Shown: piece after piece, positions 47,155 through 57,606 of the stretch
How positions within the stretch are numbered: position 1 is the first letter of the stretch
How the letters are laid out: the number at the start of each line of letters is the position of its first letter
Translations under genes and position numbers: made by a program
Source of the DNA: an uncultured Acidimicrobiaceae bacterium
GTDB taxonomy: Bacteria; Actinomycetota; Acidimicrobiia; Acidimicrobiales; RAAP-2
Reading direction: 5' to 3'
Assembly (NCBI GenBank): GCA_963776225.1
Contig: CAVZLL010000002.1
Span: 151,585-215,584 of the forward strand
Length of the DNA: 64,000 nt
The notes under the pieces: generated by a model
What the model saw: the letters and a program-made list of their open reading frames with translations, nothing else
Told to the model about the DNA's origin: nothing
Database searches by the model: none

Positions 47155-47886
47155 CTACGAGAAGCGGGACGGATCCCAGCGCACCAGCGACTCGAACCCG
47201 GCGGCCAGGAGAAGCCGCGACGGCGCGTCCCCCCAGATCCGGTCGACGAGGGGCGCCAAGCGCTCCGAGACCGCGGCCGGCTCGTCGTCCAGGTAGCAGA
47301 GCGCCACCCGGAGCTTGCCCTCGCTGAACAGGTGGTAGCGGAACGACGCGCTGGTCGCGAAGGTCCACACGCCGGCGACCCCGGGCACCGAGAGCAGCTC
47401 CGGGACGATCTCGACGTGGATCCGTTGCACGAACCGGTCCTGGTCCGTTGCGTCCGGTTCGTCCACGATGAGGTAGACGCCCCGGTGGGGGCGGAAGGGG
47501 ACCACCTCGGGCGAGACGAGGACCCGGGAAGCGGCATGGGCCTCGAGCAGCCGGAGTCCGCCACGGTACTGGGACGGCAGCGAGTACGGGAACCGCCCGA
47601 GGTCGGCGAGATGCCCTCCGAGCGCGAAGAAGTCGTCGACCGTCCGGCCGAGCGGGTCGCCCATCAGGTAGCAGACCACGTGCTCGACGAGCGACCAATC
47701 GTCGATCTCGGCCGCCCGGGTCGCCCGGCAGGCCGGCGTGGACGCCCACCGCTGCCCGAGCACGAGCCCCGGCAGCTGGTACTGCTCGGGCATGTGGTCC
47801 ATCTGGTGCCACTCGAGGTACGGCCCGTCGTCACCGGTCGCCGACCGGTGCGAGAGCGAGAAGAACCCCGCCTCGACCCGGTTCAC
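47155..47886 (-). CDS. hypothetical protein (243 aa), translationally coupled to the upstream LLM oxidoreductase
   Basis: This is the tail of ORF 47155..48762: VNRVEAGFFSLSH...YLEWHQMDHMPEQ.... Composition is normal and the GTG overlaps a TGA (GTGA). Confidence 0.6.
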   Translation of the reverse strand: MNRVEAGFFSLSHRSATGDDGPYLEWHQMDHMPEQYQLPGLVLGQRWASTPACRATRAAEIDDWSLVEHVVCYLMGDPLGRTVDDFFALGGHLADLGRFPYSLPSQYRGGLRLLEAHAASRVLVSPEVVPFRPHRGVYLIVDEPDATDQDRFVQRIHVEIVPELLSVPGVAGVWTFATSASFRYHLFSEGKLRVALCYLDDEPAAVSERLAPLVDRIWGDAPSRLLLAAGFESLVRWDPSRFS

Positions 47887-48863
47887 CGGGACCTCACGCC
47901 GACCTCGCCCCGACCCGGCGCATCGATCGCCGCCATCTCGCCCACCAGCTCGACCATCGCACCCAGCTGCTCGAGGTAGTGCGCGCGGGAGCGGTGGACG
48001 AACCCGAGCTGCAGGTCGGTCGCCCCGGCCCCGATCAGGCGGTCGACCACCTTCCTCGCACCGGCCGGGTCCGAGAGCGGGTCGAGCGGCCGGCCGTTGC
48101 GCAACACGACCTCGAGCGGTCTCGTCCGTGCCGCCCAGGCCGCCGTGGTCCTGGCGTGCTCGATCATGGCCGCGACGTCGGCGGCCCGGACCGCGAAGGG
48201 CACCCATCCGTCCCCGAGCTCGACCGCGCGTCGCAGGGAGCGGCCGGTGCGGCCGCCGATCCACAGCGGGACCGCGGACTGGCGGGCACAGGGGTCCACC
48301 ACCACGTCCGAATACCGGTAGAACGGTCCCTCGTAGCTCGGCCGGTTGGTCGAGAGCGACGCCCGCAGCGCCGACAGCGCGTCGTCGGCGCGGGCACCCC
48401 TGCCCTCGAAGTCGACGCCGAGCAGGTCGAACTCCTCCTCGAGCGACCCGACCCCGAGACCGAGGATCAGCCGGCCGGACGAGACCTGGTCGAGCGTGCC
48501 GTACCGCTTGGCGATCTCGAGCGGGTGGTGGTACGCGAGCACCAGGACATTGGTGGCCAGGCGGATCCTCGAGGTCACCGCGGCCAGGTACCCGAAGGTG
48601 GCGAGGGGATCCCAGTAGCGGCTCCCCCGCGTCGCGGCCACCCCGGTCGGGACCGCCACATGCTCGCTGCAGGTCAGATGGGAGTACCCGAGCGACTCGG
48701 CGGTCCGTGCGACGAGGGCGACGTCCCCGATGTCGCCCTCGACCTCCCAGGGTGCGTGCCATCCGGGAAGGAGGGTCAGCACCGGCGTCGTGATCCCCAA
48801 TCGGAGCGGGAGCCCGGCGCGTCCGGCTGCCGCCGGATTGTGGTGTTCGCCCTCGGCGACCAC
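47883..48863 (-). CDS. LLM-class F420-dependent oxidoreductase
   Basis: LRLGITTPV...GYSHLTCSEHV...LGLGVGSLEEEF...PLWIGGRTGRSLRRAVELGDGW. Confidence 0.85.
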   Translation of the reverse strand: MVAEGEHHNPAAAGRAGLPLRLGITTPVLTLLPGWHAPWEVEGDIGDVALVARTAESLGYSHLTCSEHVAVPTGVAATRGSRYWDPLATFGYLAAVTSRIRLATNVLVLAYHHPLEIAKRYGTLDQVSSGRLILGLGVGSLEEEFDLLGVDFEGRGARADDALSALRASLSTNRPSYEGPFYRYSDVVVDPCARQSAVPLWIGGRTGRSLRRAVELGDGWVPFAVRAADVAAMIEHARTTAAWAARTRPLEVVLRNGRPLDPLSDPAGARKVVDRLIGAGATDLQLGFVHRSRAHYLEQLGAMVELVGEMAAIDAPGRGEVGVRSR

Positions 48864-48973
48864 GGTCCCTCCTTCGGGTGGTCGGCGGTCCCTCCTCCGG
48901 GTGGTCCGCTCGATCGGGACGAAGCTATCACCGGACGCCTCCCCGCCCCGGGGCCTGCACTACGGTGACGTCG

Positions 48974-50539
48974 ATGTCGGACTACGACGCAATCGTGATC
49001 GGTGCCGGCCACAACGGTCTCACCGCGGCGGCGGTGATGGCGCGGGGCGGGATGCGGGTCCTCTGCCTGGAGAAGAACCACTTCATCGGGGGCATGGCGA
49101 CGACCACCGAACTGACCCGGGGCTACCGCTTCGAGCTGGCCGGATCGATCCAGTTCCCCATCCCACGCGAGATCTTCGACGAGCTGGACCTTGCGTCCTG
49201 CCCCATCTACGAGCCCGAGGTGCAGTCCGCCAGCATCGGTGCACCCGGCAAACCCCCGATCCTCCTCTACAGCGACCCCGAGCGGCTCCTCGAGCACCTC
49301 AACGAGACGCTCGGGCTCGAGGCGGTCCTCGGTATGGCCGAGGTCGCGGCCTGGGCGGAGGCACCGGCACGGGCCATCGGACGGTTCGAGGTGCGCAGGC
49401 CGCCGCGTTCGCTCGACGAGATGTGGGCGTGCGCCGCCAACGAGAAGGAACGGGAGGCGATCCGCACCGCGATGTTCGGCAGCGTGATGGACGTGGTCGA
49501 CCGCTACCTCCCGGATCGGGAGAAGCACGCCCAGGTCCGCAGCATGCTGGCGTTCCTGTCGGTCAACTCGACCTATCGCGGTCCGTACTCCGCGGGCAGC
49601 GCGCTCTGCCTGGCCTTCGCGCTGGCCTCGACCGGCGACGCGACCATGTCCAAGGTCCGGGGCGGGATCGGGACGATCTCCGATCACCTGCGAGGACTGT
49701 TCGAACAGCACGGCGGCGAGCTCCGCCGCCACGTGAAGGTCGCCGAGATCCGCCTCGACGCCGGACGGGTCACCGGGGTCGCGCTGTCCGACGGCGAGGT
49801 GGCGACTGCGCCGGTGGTGGTGTCCAACCTCGACCCGACGGCCACCTTCACCCAGCTGCTCGACCGGGACGGGCTGCCGGACGCCTTCGTCCGGCGGATC
49901 GACGCCATCGACCACCGGGCCGCCTACTTCCAGATCCACTTCGCACTCGACGGCCTCCCCGAGTACGCGGGGCGGTACCAGAGCCTCAACGAGGGTGACC
50001 TCCGCCACAACGTGACCTTCTTCGGAACCGCCGAGCAGATGCAGCTCGACTTCGAGGGATGCGTCCGCGGTCTGGTGCCGCAGTCCCCTTCGTTCAACCT
50101 CTCGGTGCCCTCCCTCCGCGACAAGGAGCTGGCCCCCCCGGGCAAGCACGTCGCGAGCTGTTTCGGCTTCTACGCCCCGATCGGTGCCACCCACGCCCGG
50201 CAGGCGGCGTTGCGCGACGAGATGGCCGGCCGCATCGTGGAGAAGATCACCGAGGCCGCGCCCAACTTCCCCGATGTGGTCGAGCGCCAGTTCAACTATC
50301 CCGCCTACGCCTACGAGCGGATGTTCGGGTGCACCGGCGGCGACTTCACCCACGGGCTCCTGCAACCGGAGTTCATGGGCCCGTTCCGGCCCGGCCCGCG
50401 CGGCTGGCCCGACAACCCGGTGCCGATCGGTGGCCTGTATCTCTGCGGCGCGGGCTGCCACGGCGGTCCCGGAGTCACCTTCATCCCCGGATACAACTGT
50501 GGGCACGCCGTGCTCGACGAGGCCGGCGCCCGGTCGTAG
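48974..50539 (+). CDS. phytoene-desaturase-family NAD(P)/FAD-dependent oxidoreductase
   Basis: MSDYDAIVIGAGHNGLTAAAVMARGGMRVLCLEKNHFIGG. The C-terminus GLYLCGAGCHGGPGV is typical of CrtI-like enzymes. Confidence 0.85.
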   Translation: MSDYDAIVIGAGHNGLTAAAVMARGGMRVLCLEKNHFIGGMATTTELTRGYRFELAGSIQFPIPREIFDELDLASCPIYEPEVQSASIGAPGKPPILLYSDPERLLEHLNETLGLEAVLGMAEVAAWAEAPARAIGRFEVRRPPRSLDEMWACAANEKEREAIRTAMFGSVMDVVDRYLPDREKHAQVRSMLAFLSVNSTYRGPYSAGSALCLAFALASTGDATMSKVRGGIGTISDHLRGLFEQHGGELRRHVKVAEIRLDAGRVTGVALSDGEVATAPVVVSNLDPTATFTQLLDRDGLPDAFVRRIDAIDHRAAYFQIHFALDGLPEYAGRYQSLNEGDLRHNVTFFGTAEQMQLDFEGCVRGLVPQSPSFNLSVPSLRDKELAPPGKHVASCFGFYAPIGATHARQAALRDEMAGRIVEKITEAAPNFPDVVERQFNYPAYAYERMFGCTGGDFTHGLLQPEFMGPFRPGPRGWPDNPVPIGGLYLCGAGCHGGPGVTFIPGYNCGHAVLDEAGARS

Positions 50540-50606
50540 CCCGAGCCTCCCGTCGGGCGGTCTGCTCCACGGACGCCCGCCCGACCCGCGGGGTAATCTG
50601 CCGCAA

Positions 50607-51248
50607 GTGGTCAACCCTGCACCCGGCCCGGCCGGGATCCCGGCCGACACCACGACTCCGACCCCGGCGCCCCCAGCGGGACTGACCGGCGAACGCGTCT
50701 GGTGGGCGGCGGCCGGCATCGCCGGGATCGCGCTCCTCGGGTTCGTCGGCTTCATCGTCTCCCGTCCCCACCACCCGACGCCGGTCGCCGCTCCGGTGAC
50801 GCCGGTCACCACCCTTGCCGTGGGCAGCGTCGCCCCGGGATTCGCCCTGCCCCGCCTCGGCGGCGGTCCGCCGGTCTCGCTGGTCGCGAGCGCCGGGACA
50901 CCGACCGTGGTCAACTTCTTCGCCTCCTGGTGCCACGACTGCCAGAGCGAGCTCGCCAACGTCGCCACGCTGGCCCACCGGACCGCCGGCAGCGTGGACG
51001 TGATCGGGGTCGACTCCAACGACGCGCAAGGATCCGCCGCCCGGGTCCTGCTGGCCGGTGCCGGTGCCGACTACCCGGTCGGCGTCGACAGCCGGGCCGC
51101 GGTCGCCACCGCCTACCGGCTCGCCGCCCTGCCGGTGACCTTCTTCCTCGACCGCCGGGACCGGGTCGTGCACGTCGCGCTGGGCAGCCAGACCCTCGCC
51201 TCCCTCACCCACTGGGCCGGCGTCCTCGCCGCGGGAGGTACCCGGTGA
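50607..51248 (+). CDS. TlpA/ResA-like thiol-disulfide oxidoreductase, membrane anchored
   Basis: TM anchor WWAAAGIAGIALLGFVGFIV and thioredoxin-fold CxxC FFASWCHDCQSE. GTG start is inferred. Confidence 0.8.
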   Translation: MVNPAPGPAGIPADTTTPTPAPPAGLTGERVWWAAAGIAGIALLGFVGFIVSRPHHPTPVAAPVTPVTTLAVGSVAPGFALPRLGGGPPVSLVASAGTPTVVNFFASWCHDCQSELANVATLAHRTAGSVDVIGVDSNDAQGSAARVLLAGAGADYPVGVDSRAAVATAYRLAALPVTFFLDRRDRVVHVALGSQTLASLTHWAGVLAAGGTR

Positions 51249-52141
51249 CACCGGACCCCGCCGACACGACCCGGCCTCCGCCGCGCCTGAGCACCGAGGA
51301 ACGCGCCGCCGCCTTCGCAACCGGCCTGGCTCCATCGGACCGGGCCGCCGCGCTCCGGACCGGGCGCACACCGGTCCCCCGCCGCCTGGTGGTCTGGATC
51401 GCCGTCGGGTTCGCGGTGCTCGCCGGGGGCGGGATCGTCCTCGACCACTTCTTCGGCGACGCGGGCAACGCGGCGACCTCGTTCCCGACCACCACCCTGG
51501 TCGGGACCGGGGCGCCCCCGGTCCCGGCTCCGCCGCCGGTCCCGCCGATCAGCGCCCCGCTCGGTGCGTTCCTCGGACTCAAGCAGCTGGGCGGCCGCAC
51601 CGCACCCCCCATCACGCTCGAGACACCCGACGGGTCGCGGTGGCAGCTCACCGATGCCCTCGGCAAGGTGGTCGTGGTGACCTTCTTCGACACCGGGTGC
51701 ACCGACATCTGTCCGGTGCTTGGTCGTGAGATCGTGCGCGCGGTGGCGCTGCTCGGAAACGGCGCCCCCGACGTCGAATTCGCGGTGGTCAACGCCGACC
51801 CCACCGAGACGGCGGTCGACCCCGCCCCGGCGGCCCTCACCGAGACCGGGCTCGACCGCCTCGCCAGCGTCCACTTCCTCACCGGGCCGCTCGACACCCT
51901 CGACTCGGTGTGGACCGCCTACGGCGTCGCCGTCAACGTCGGACGGGACCGGTTCCAGCAGTCCCACAACGACATCCTCTACTTCGTCGACCCACGGGGG
52001 CGCCTCCGGGCCGAGGCCACCCCGTTCGCCGACGAAGGACCGAACGGGTCCTACACCCTCGCCGCTGCGGACGTCGACCGGTTCGCCGAGGGGATCGCCC
52101 AGACGGCCGCACACCTCACCCGCACCGGTGCCTCCTCCTGA
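51245..52141 (+). CDS. SCO1/SenC-family copper chaperone
   Basis: TM anchor, FFDTGCTDICP (CxxxCP), and a downstream His in QQSHNDILYFVDP. The GTG overlaps the TlpA TGA. Confidence 0.85.
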   Translation: MTPDPADTTRPPPRLSTEERAAAFATGLAPSDRAAALRTGRTPVPRRLVVWIAVGFAVLAGGGIVLDHFFGDAGNAATSFPTTTLVGTGAPPVPAPPPVPPISAPLGAFLGLKQLGGRTAPPITLETPDGSRWQLTDALGKVVVVTFFDTGCTDICPVLGREIVRAVALLGNGAPDVEFAVVNADPTETAVDPAPAALTETGLDRLASVHFLTGPLDTLDSVWTAYGVAVNVGRDRFQQSHNDILYFVDPRGRLRAEATPFADEGPNGSYTLAAADVDRFAEGIAQTAAHLTRTGASS

Positions 52142-52818
52142 TGGACGACGATACGGACCTACCCCGTCCCTACGATCCGGCGAGCATGCCGGCCTCGTCG
52201 CTCGCCCGGACCAGATCGGTCTGGTACCGACGGCCCTGGGTCCTCGTCTCCGCGGCGATCGTGGTCGTGGTGGGTGCCTCCATCCTCGTGGACCTCCCAC
52301 GGCAGGTGAGCACGTCGGACGATGTGGCCAGCCAGACCGCCTCGCTGGTCGAGATCAACCAGGACGTCAGCCCGTGCAAGTTTGCGGTCCAGGAGACCTT
52401 CGCCATCTACGGGGACCTGCGGAGCGGGACGCTGAGCACCGCCGATCGGGCCCAGGCCCCGACGATGCTCCGCGACGACCAGTCGGCCTGCTCCTTCACC
52501 AACAGCGCGATCTTCGACCTGACCAACGACATCCAGATCCAGGACACGGCTGCGGGCAAGGACATCGACCACATGCTCAGCGTCGTCACCATCTGGGTGA
52601 CCTCGGACGCCCTGGCCGCAGTGGAGGACATCCAGACCCTCTACGGGAATCCGGGGAACCGGGCCGCCGCCCTCGACCTCGCCGCGCAGGAGCGGCTGCT
52701 GGCCACGGACCGGGGCGAGGCGGTCAGCGACGTGCAGGCCGCGGACGTCCTGCTCGGCGGGGCCCATCTCCCGATGCCCAACCTGCCGATCCTGCCCCTA
52801 GCGGGCAGCAGCGCCTGA
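52141..52818 (+). CDS. hypothetical membrane-anchored protein
   Basis: The ATG overlaps the Sco TGA (TGATG). There is one TM segment (WVLVSAAIVVVVGASILV) and a 170-aa extracytoplasmic domain with two Cys. Confidence 0.6.
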   Translation: MDDDTDLPRPYDPASMPASSLARTRSVWYRRPWVLVSAAIVVVVGASILVDLPRQVSTSDDVASQTASLVEINQDVSPCKFAVQETFAIYGDLRSGTLSTADRAQAPTMLRDDQSACSFTNSAIFDLTNDIQIQDTAAGKDIDHMLSVVTIWVTSDALAAVEDIQTLYGNPGNRAAALDLAAQERLLATDRGEAVSDVQAADVLLGGAHLPMPNLPILPLAGSSA

Positions 52819-53784
52819 GTCCCGACCCTTTGGGCCGGCGCCGGGCTCGACCGGCCGGCCCCGGGTGCGCTCCTGACGCACCAGACGGAACAGCTCGTCG
52901 TCGGGATCCTCCTCCGACTGCAGCCAGCGGACCAGGTTCCAGAAGACGACCGGGACGAAGGCACAGCCCGACACCACCCACAAGAGCCCCGACGTGAGCT
53001 GCTGGTCCGCCGAGACGCTCAGGCCCTGGCCGGCGACGTGGTCGTATCCCGTGTACCAGGCACCGTGGGAAAGGCCGACCAGGTAGGCGGTTATCCAGAT
53101 GACCCACATGGCCACCGCGGCCAGAGCCACCCGCTGGGGACGCGAGAGGCGGGGTCGGAGCGGGGGCGACTCGATGAGCTCGAGCCACAGGGCGGTCTCG
53201 ACCGCCACCAGGGTGGCCGCCTCGACCCCGACCAGCCACGGATGGCCGGGCAGGGCATCGACCGTGAGCGGGATGCGCCACAGGATCGTGCCGCCCACCC
53301 CGAGGGCGGCAAACGCCCCGGCTCGCCACGGCTCCGGGTGGCGCCTGCGGCCGAGCGCAAGCCGGTCCACCGGGCGCAGAGATGCGGTCGACACGAGGAC
53401 CACGTCCTCCTCCGCCTCCGGCAGCCCGGCACCGGCCAACCCGAGCAGCCGCCAGGGAGCCCCCGCGACCAGCAGGGCCGGGACCACCACGGCGAGGAGG
53501 GAGAACTGGAGCGCCTCGACCACCTCGTAGCGACGGGCGGACGTCGCCAGCGGCGGTGCCAGGCAGAGCACGAAGAGCACCAGTGCACCGATTGCGAGAC
53601 TGTGCCGGAGCGTGGCGACTCCGTCAGGGGACCGCGCGTCGGCGGTCCCCGGTGTCACCGGGACGAGCGGCGCTGGAAGAAGCCCCAGAGGAGGACCGCG
53701 AACAAGCGTGCCCAACGGGATCGCGAGGGTCAGGACCTCAGGTCCGATGTAGCTGTCTGCGCCGATACTCACAGGCCGACCCAC
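52798..53784 (-). CDS. CtaG-like (caa3-type) cytochrome c oxidase assembly factor, polytopic membrane protein
   Basis: Roughly 7 TM segments with a pattern like the paralogue at 58523..59485 (VVPALLVAGAPWRLL; SADQQLTSGLLWVVSG). It sits directly downstream of ctaE. The start is uncertain. Confidence 0.65.
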   Translation of the reverse strand: MGRPVSIGADSYIGPEVLTLAIPLGTLVRGPPLGLLPAPLVPVTPGTADARSPDGVATLRHSLAIGALVLFVLCLAPPLATSARRYEVVEALQFSLLAVVVPALLVAGAPWRLLGLAGAGLPEAEEDVVLVSTASLRPVDRLALGRRRHPEPWRAGAFAALGVGGTILWRIPLTVDALPGHPWLVGVEAATLVAVETALWLELIESPPLRPRLSRPQRVALAAVAMWVIWITAYLVGLSHGAWYTGYDHVAGQGLSVSADQQLTSGLLWVVSGCAFVPVVFWNLVRWLQSEEDPDDELFRLVRQERTRGRPVEPGAGPKGRDSGAAAR

Positions 53785-53842
53785 CTACTCTCTTCGCAAC
53801 CCATCGTACTCACCACCCTGCCGCGGCCACAACGCGACCGCT

Positions 53843-53862
53843 CAGATCAGATCAGATCAGAT
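53843..53862. repeat. pentanucleotide microsatellite (CAGAT)4 spanning the ctaE stop codon
   Basis: Counted directly in the sequence. On the coding strand (ATCTG)4 supplies TGA in all three frames. Confidence 0.85.
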
Positions 53863-54513
53863 AGAACATCACCCAGAAGAGGGTGCTGCCCACCGCCACG
53901 AAGCCCCAGAAGTACGTGCAGGCGGAGACGTTCGCCCGGAAGATCTGGGCCGACGGCGACATGGTCAGCTGGGGAGGACCGTCCTCCGACGGTTCCCGAC
54001 GCAGCCGGATGGAGCGGGCCAGCACGGTTTCGAGCCAGTAGGTCGCGCCGCCGCACCATCATGATGTTGACGACGGCCCATCCGATGAAACAGGAGGCGT
54101 ACCCACTCGATCCGGGGAAGAAGGGCAGCTGGGTCAGCTGCCAGATCTGCAGCCCGATCGCCACCAGGCCACCGAGCACCGCCGTCCAGCCGGCGACCTC
54201 CCAGTCGATCACCAAGCCCGTTGCGCATCCGCCACTGCCCGTAGATGGCGAGGACCGCCGAGGCGAGGACCATGAAGTAGATGGCCCAGCCGATGCTGGT
54301 CGGCGCGGTGATGTTCGCCGGGCGCCAGAGCTGACCGTTGTTGCTCGAGCGCAGGTAGAAGTAGGCGAAGGCCTCGGACGCCAGGACGAAGGTGAACATG
54401 CCGATGAACAGCCGCCCGCCGGTCCAGTAGGAGCCGACGGCGGCCCGCAGCTCGAACTCTCTCTCCTCGGGGGTGTCCGAGTAGCGCGGTGTCTGTCTGG
54501 CGATGTCGGTCAC
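53852..54513 (-). pseudogene. ctaE: cytochrome c oxidase subunit III, two frame switches
   Basis: The gene is split across ORF 53965..54513 (MTDIARQT...FIGMFTFVLASEAFAYFYLRS...), ORF 53847..54215 (DWEVAGWTAVLGGLVAIGLQIWQL...) and a third frame (own translation ...YWLETVLARSIRLRREPSE...YFWGFVAVGSTLFWVMFYLI*). Breaks fall near 54210 and 54050. Confidence 0.75.
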
Positions 54514-54534
54514 GGGGTCGACTCCATCTGATCG

Positions 54535-56556
54535 TCAGGGGGTGCCCGGGGTCGGCGGCGGGTCGGCGGGTGGGTCATTCCCGGTGATGCCCCCGGTCGG
54601 AGCCGACGGGGCAACGGCTCCCACCAGGACCGGCTCACCGAGGTCGGCGACGGCGGGGGCGCCCACCTCGCTGTAGTGGTAGGGGTCGGTGAGCACGACC
54701 GGGATCCGCTCGAAGTTGTAGTAGGGCACCGGGTTGGCAGTCTGCCACTCGAGGCCCAGCGAGTCCCACGGGTTGGCCGGTGACGGCGTCGGCTTGAGGA
54801 AGATCGACCAGACGAAGTTGGCGATGAAGAAGAGGAACGAGGCACCCAGGATGAAGGCGCTGACCGAGGAGAAGTCGTTGAGCGCCTGCAGGTTCGCCTG
54901 GTACTCGAAGACCCGCCGGGGCTGGCCGAGCAGGCCGATCACGAACATCGGGAAGAAGGTCAGGTTGAAGAAGATGAACATGAACCAGAAGTGGAGCTGG
55001 CCGAGCCTCTTGTTCATGGTCTTGCCGGTCATCTTGGGGAGCCAGAAGTAGAGACCCCCGAAGAAGGCGAAGATGAGGCCGCCCATGATCGTGTAGTGGA
55101 AGTGGGAGAGCACGAAGAACCCGCCGTGCACGGTCACGTTGACCGGCACGTCGGAGAGGAACACGCCGGTCACCCCGCCGATCAGGAAGTTGAAGAACAC
55201 CGCCAGGGCGAACAGCATCGGCACCTCGAAGCGGATCTTGGACTTGTAGAGCGTCCCCATGCCGACCAGGAAGATGAACCCGGTCGGGATCGAGATGAGC
55301 TCGGTGGTGAGCATGAAGAGCGGCCGCATGTCCGGGTTGATCCCGCTCTGGAACAGATGGTGCTGCCAGACGAAGAACGAGAGCAGCGCCACACCGAGCA
55401 TGCCGGCGGCGGCCACCTTGTAGGCGAACAGCGGCTTGCGGGTGAACACCGGGAGGATCTCGACGACGATCCCGAACCCGGGCAGGGCCATGATGTACAC
55501 CTCCGGATGGCCGAAGAACCAGAACAGGTTCTCCCAGAGGTACGAGCTGCCCCCGTGCTCGGTCACGTAGAAGGCGGTCTGGGCGGTGTGGTCGAGGATG
55601 CCGAAGAGGCGCGGCCATGAACAGGGTGGGGGTGGCCAGGGTCAGCAGGGCGCAGGTCGACAGGATCGCCCAGACGAAGATGGGAACCCGGCTCCAGGTC
55701 ATGCCCGGTGCCCGGTAGTTGATGATGGTCACCGCCAGGTTGAAGCCGGCGGCCATCATCCCGAGGCCGATCAGGGCGAATCCGACCAGGTAGGAGATCA
55801 TGCCCCCGCCGGCCTGGGTCTGCAGCGGCGCGTACCCGGTCCAGCCGGTCGGGAAGCCACCGTAGGGCAGGGCGGTGAGGATGACCAGGTAGCCGGCGCT
55901 GAAGACCCAGAAGCTGAACGCCTCGACGCGGGGGAAGGCGGTGCGCCTCGCCCCGATCATGAGCGGGTATCAGCCAGTTCCCGAGCGGTCCGACGACGAC
56001 CGAGGTGGCCATCATCATCATCATCGTGCCGTGCTCGCTCACGATCGCGATGTAGGTCCCGGGACCGAAGACGTGGCTGGTCGGGGTCAGCAGCTCGGTG
56101 CGGATGGCCATGGCCAGCAGTCCGCCGGTGAAGAAGAAGATCAGCACGCCGATCACGTACTGCATGCCCACCACCTTGTGGTCGGCGGTGTAGCGGAAGT
56201 ACCTGGTCCAACTGGTCGACTCGTACTCCGGCGCGGGCTCCATGCCGACCATCTTGGCGAGCGGGTAGTTGAGCGGCACCGATGCCGATCAGCCATCCCA
56301 GCGCACCGAGGACGAGGCCCCCGGCGTTGGCGGTGCTGTTGACGCCGGTGTTGGCGACGTTGGTGTACCCGCTGGCCACGACGTTGCCCAGCCAGTGGCC
56401 GAGCAGGTACCCGAGCACCGCCCCGATGATGGCGGTGCCGAGGTGCTGGCTCAGCCAGCCCGGGCGGGCGGGGAGCCCCTGGAACCCCCCGGCGGCCGAT
56501 GGGGGCGTGGGGTCCGGGTAGGTGACCTCGAGGTCTCGGTCGGCACTGATGGTCAT
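54535..56556 (-). pseudogene. ctaD: cytochrome c oxidase subunit I with about 95-aa N-terminal extension, three frame switches
   Basis: Four pieces were identified: MTISADRD...GALGWLIGIG (frame of ORF 55957..58152, GGAGG RBS); PLNYPLAKMVGMEPAPEY...GNWLIP (ORF 55563..56279); MIGARRTAFPRVEAFSFW... (ORF 54635..55960); ...WFFGHPEVYI...VWQHHLF... (ORF 54535..55566). Breaks fall near 56280, 55965 and 55612. Confidence 0.9.
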
Positions 56557-57606
56557 TGGGCGACCTCCACCCTTCCTCTGCCTGGCGGAGCCATGGGTGC
56601 CGGGCCGGGTCTCACGATGCGGGCTGCTTCGCGCCGTAGACCTCGCGTCGGGCTGTACGGATCGACGTTGTCCGGGTAGTACCCGCCGTCGGCCCCGTTG
56701 GCGTCCGGGGATGTAGGTCCAGGCGAACGGGGGCAGGAGCTTGGTGTTGGCTGACGTTGGCCGTCTCGGTCGACGTGGCCCACGACTCGAAGGCGCGCCT
56801 TCGAGACCACCTGGCCGTAGTTGAACATCGCGCCGTGCCAGAGGCCGCAGAGCTCGCTGCACCGGACGGTCACGCTCCCGGTGTGGTTGGTGGTGGTGTA
56901 GGCCACGTTGTCGACCTGGGGGTTGGCGTCGGCCTTGATGCTCAGCTGGTACGCCCAGAAGCTGTGGATCACGTCGAGCGAGGTGACGTGGAAGGCGATG
57001 GTGGTGTCGACCGGCAGCATCAGGTCCTGGGTCTCGAAGCCGCCGAAGCTCGGGTACCGGTAGGTGAACTTCCACTGCTGGGCGATCACCTGCACGGTCA
57101 GGATGTTCGCCGACGTCGGCGTCCAGATCGGATTGGGCCCCTCGCCCGCCGCCCGATCCGGTGTTGGTGATGAGCTCGACCGTCCCGAAGACGAACAGGC
57201 CGATCACGATGACCGAGGTGGTGACGATCCAGCCGACCTGCACCCCGAAGTGGCCGCGGGCCTCCTCACCACCGACCGGCTCCGGAAGACCCTCACGGGT
57301 CGAACGCCAGGTGACCAACGAGTACCCGAGGTAGACCCAGACCGCGATGAGCACGGGGAGGGCGATCACCAACAGGACGTTGAAGTCGAACTGGTTCTCC
57401 TCGGCGGTCGAGGTCATCGTGCCCGGCGGCACGTGCGGACCGACCAGGAAGTAGAAGAGCGGATCGGTGATCGCCGAGAGGACCAGCCAGATGGTCACCA
57501 TCCGGAGCATGTGGCGGGGCTGGCCGGCCGGTGCCCCGGGAGGACCCGGGGATCCTTGCGCCCCTGGAGCGTCGGGTTCCTCCGACTGCGGGGCGTCGAC
57601 GGTCAC
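56553..57606 (-). pseudogene. ctaC: cytochrome c oxidase subunit II, about four frame switches
   Basis: The N-terminal TM hairpin is in the frame of ORF 55957..58152. The CuA domain HSFWAYQL...RCSELCGLWHGAMF is in ORF 56553..57095. The C-terminal FESWATSTETANV / ANTKLLPPFAWTYIP / DANGADGGYYPDN lies in three frames. Breaks fall near 57145, 56790, 56755 and 56705. The ATGA overlap links it to ctaD. Confidence 0.85.
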
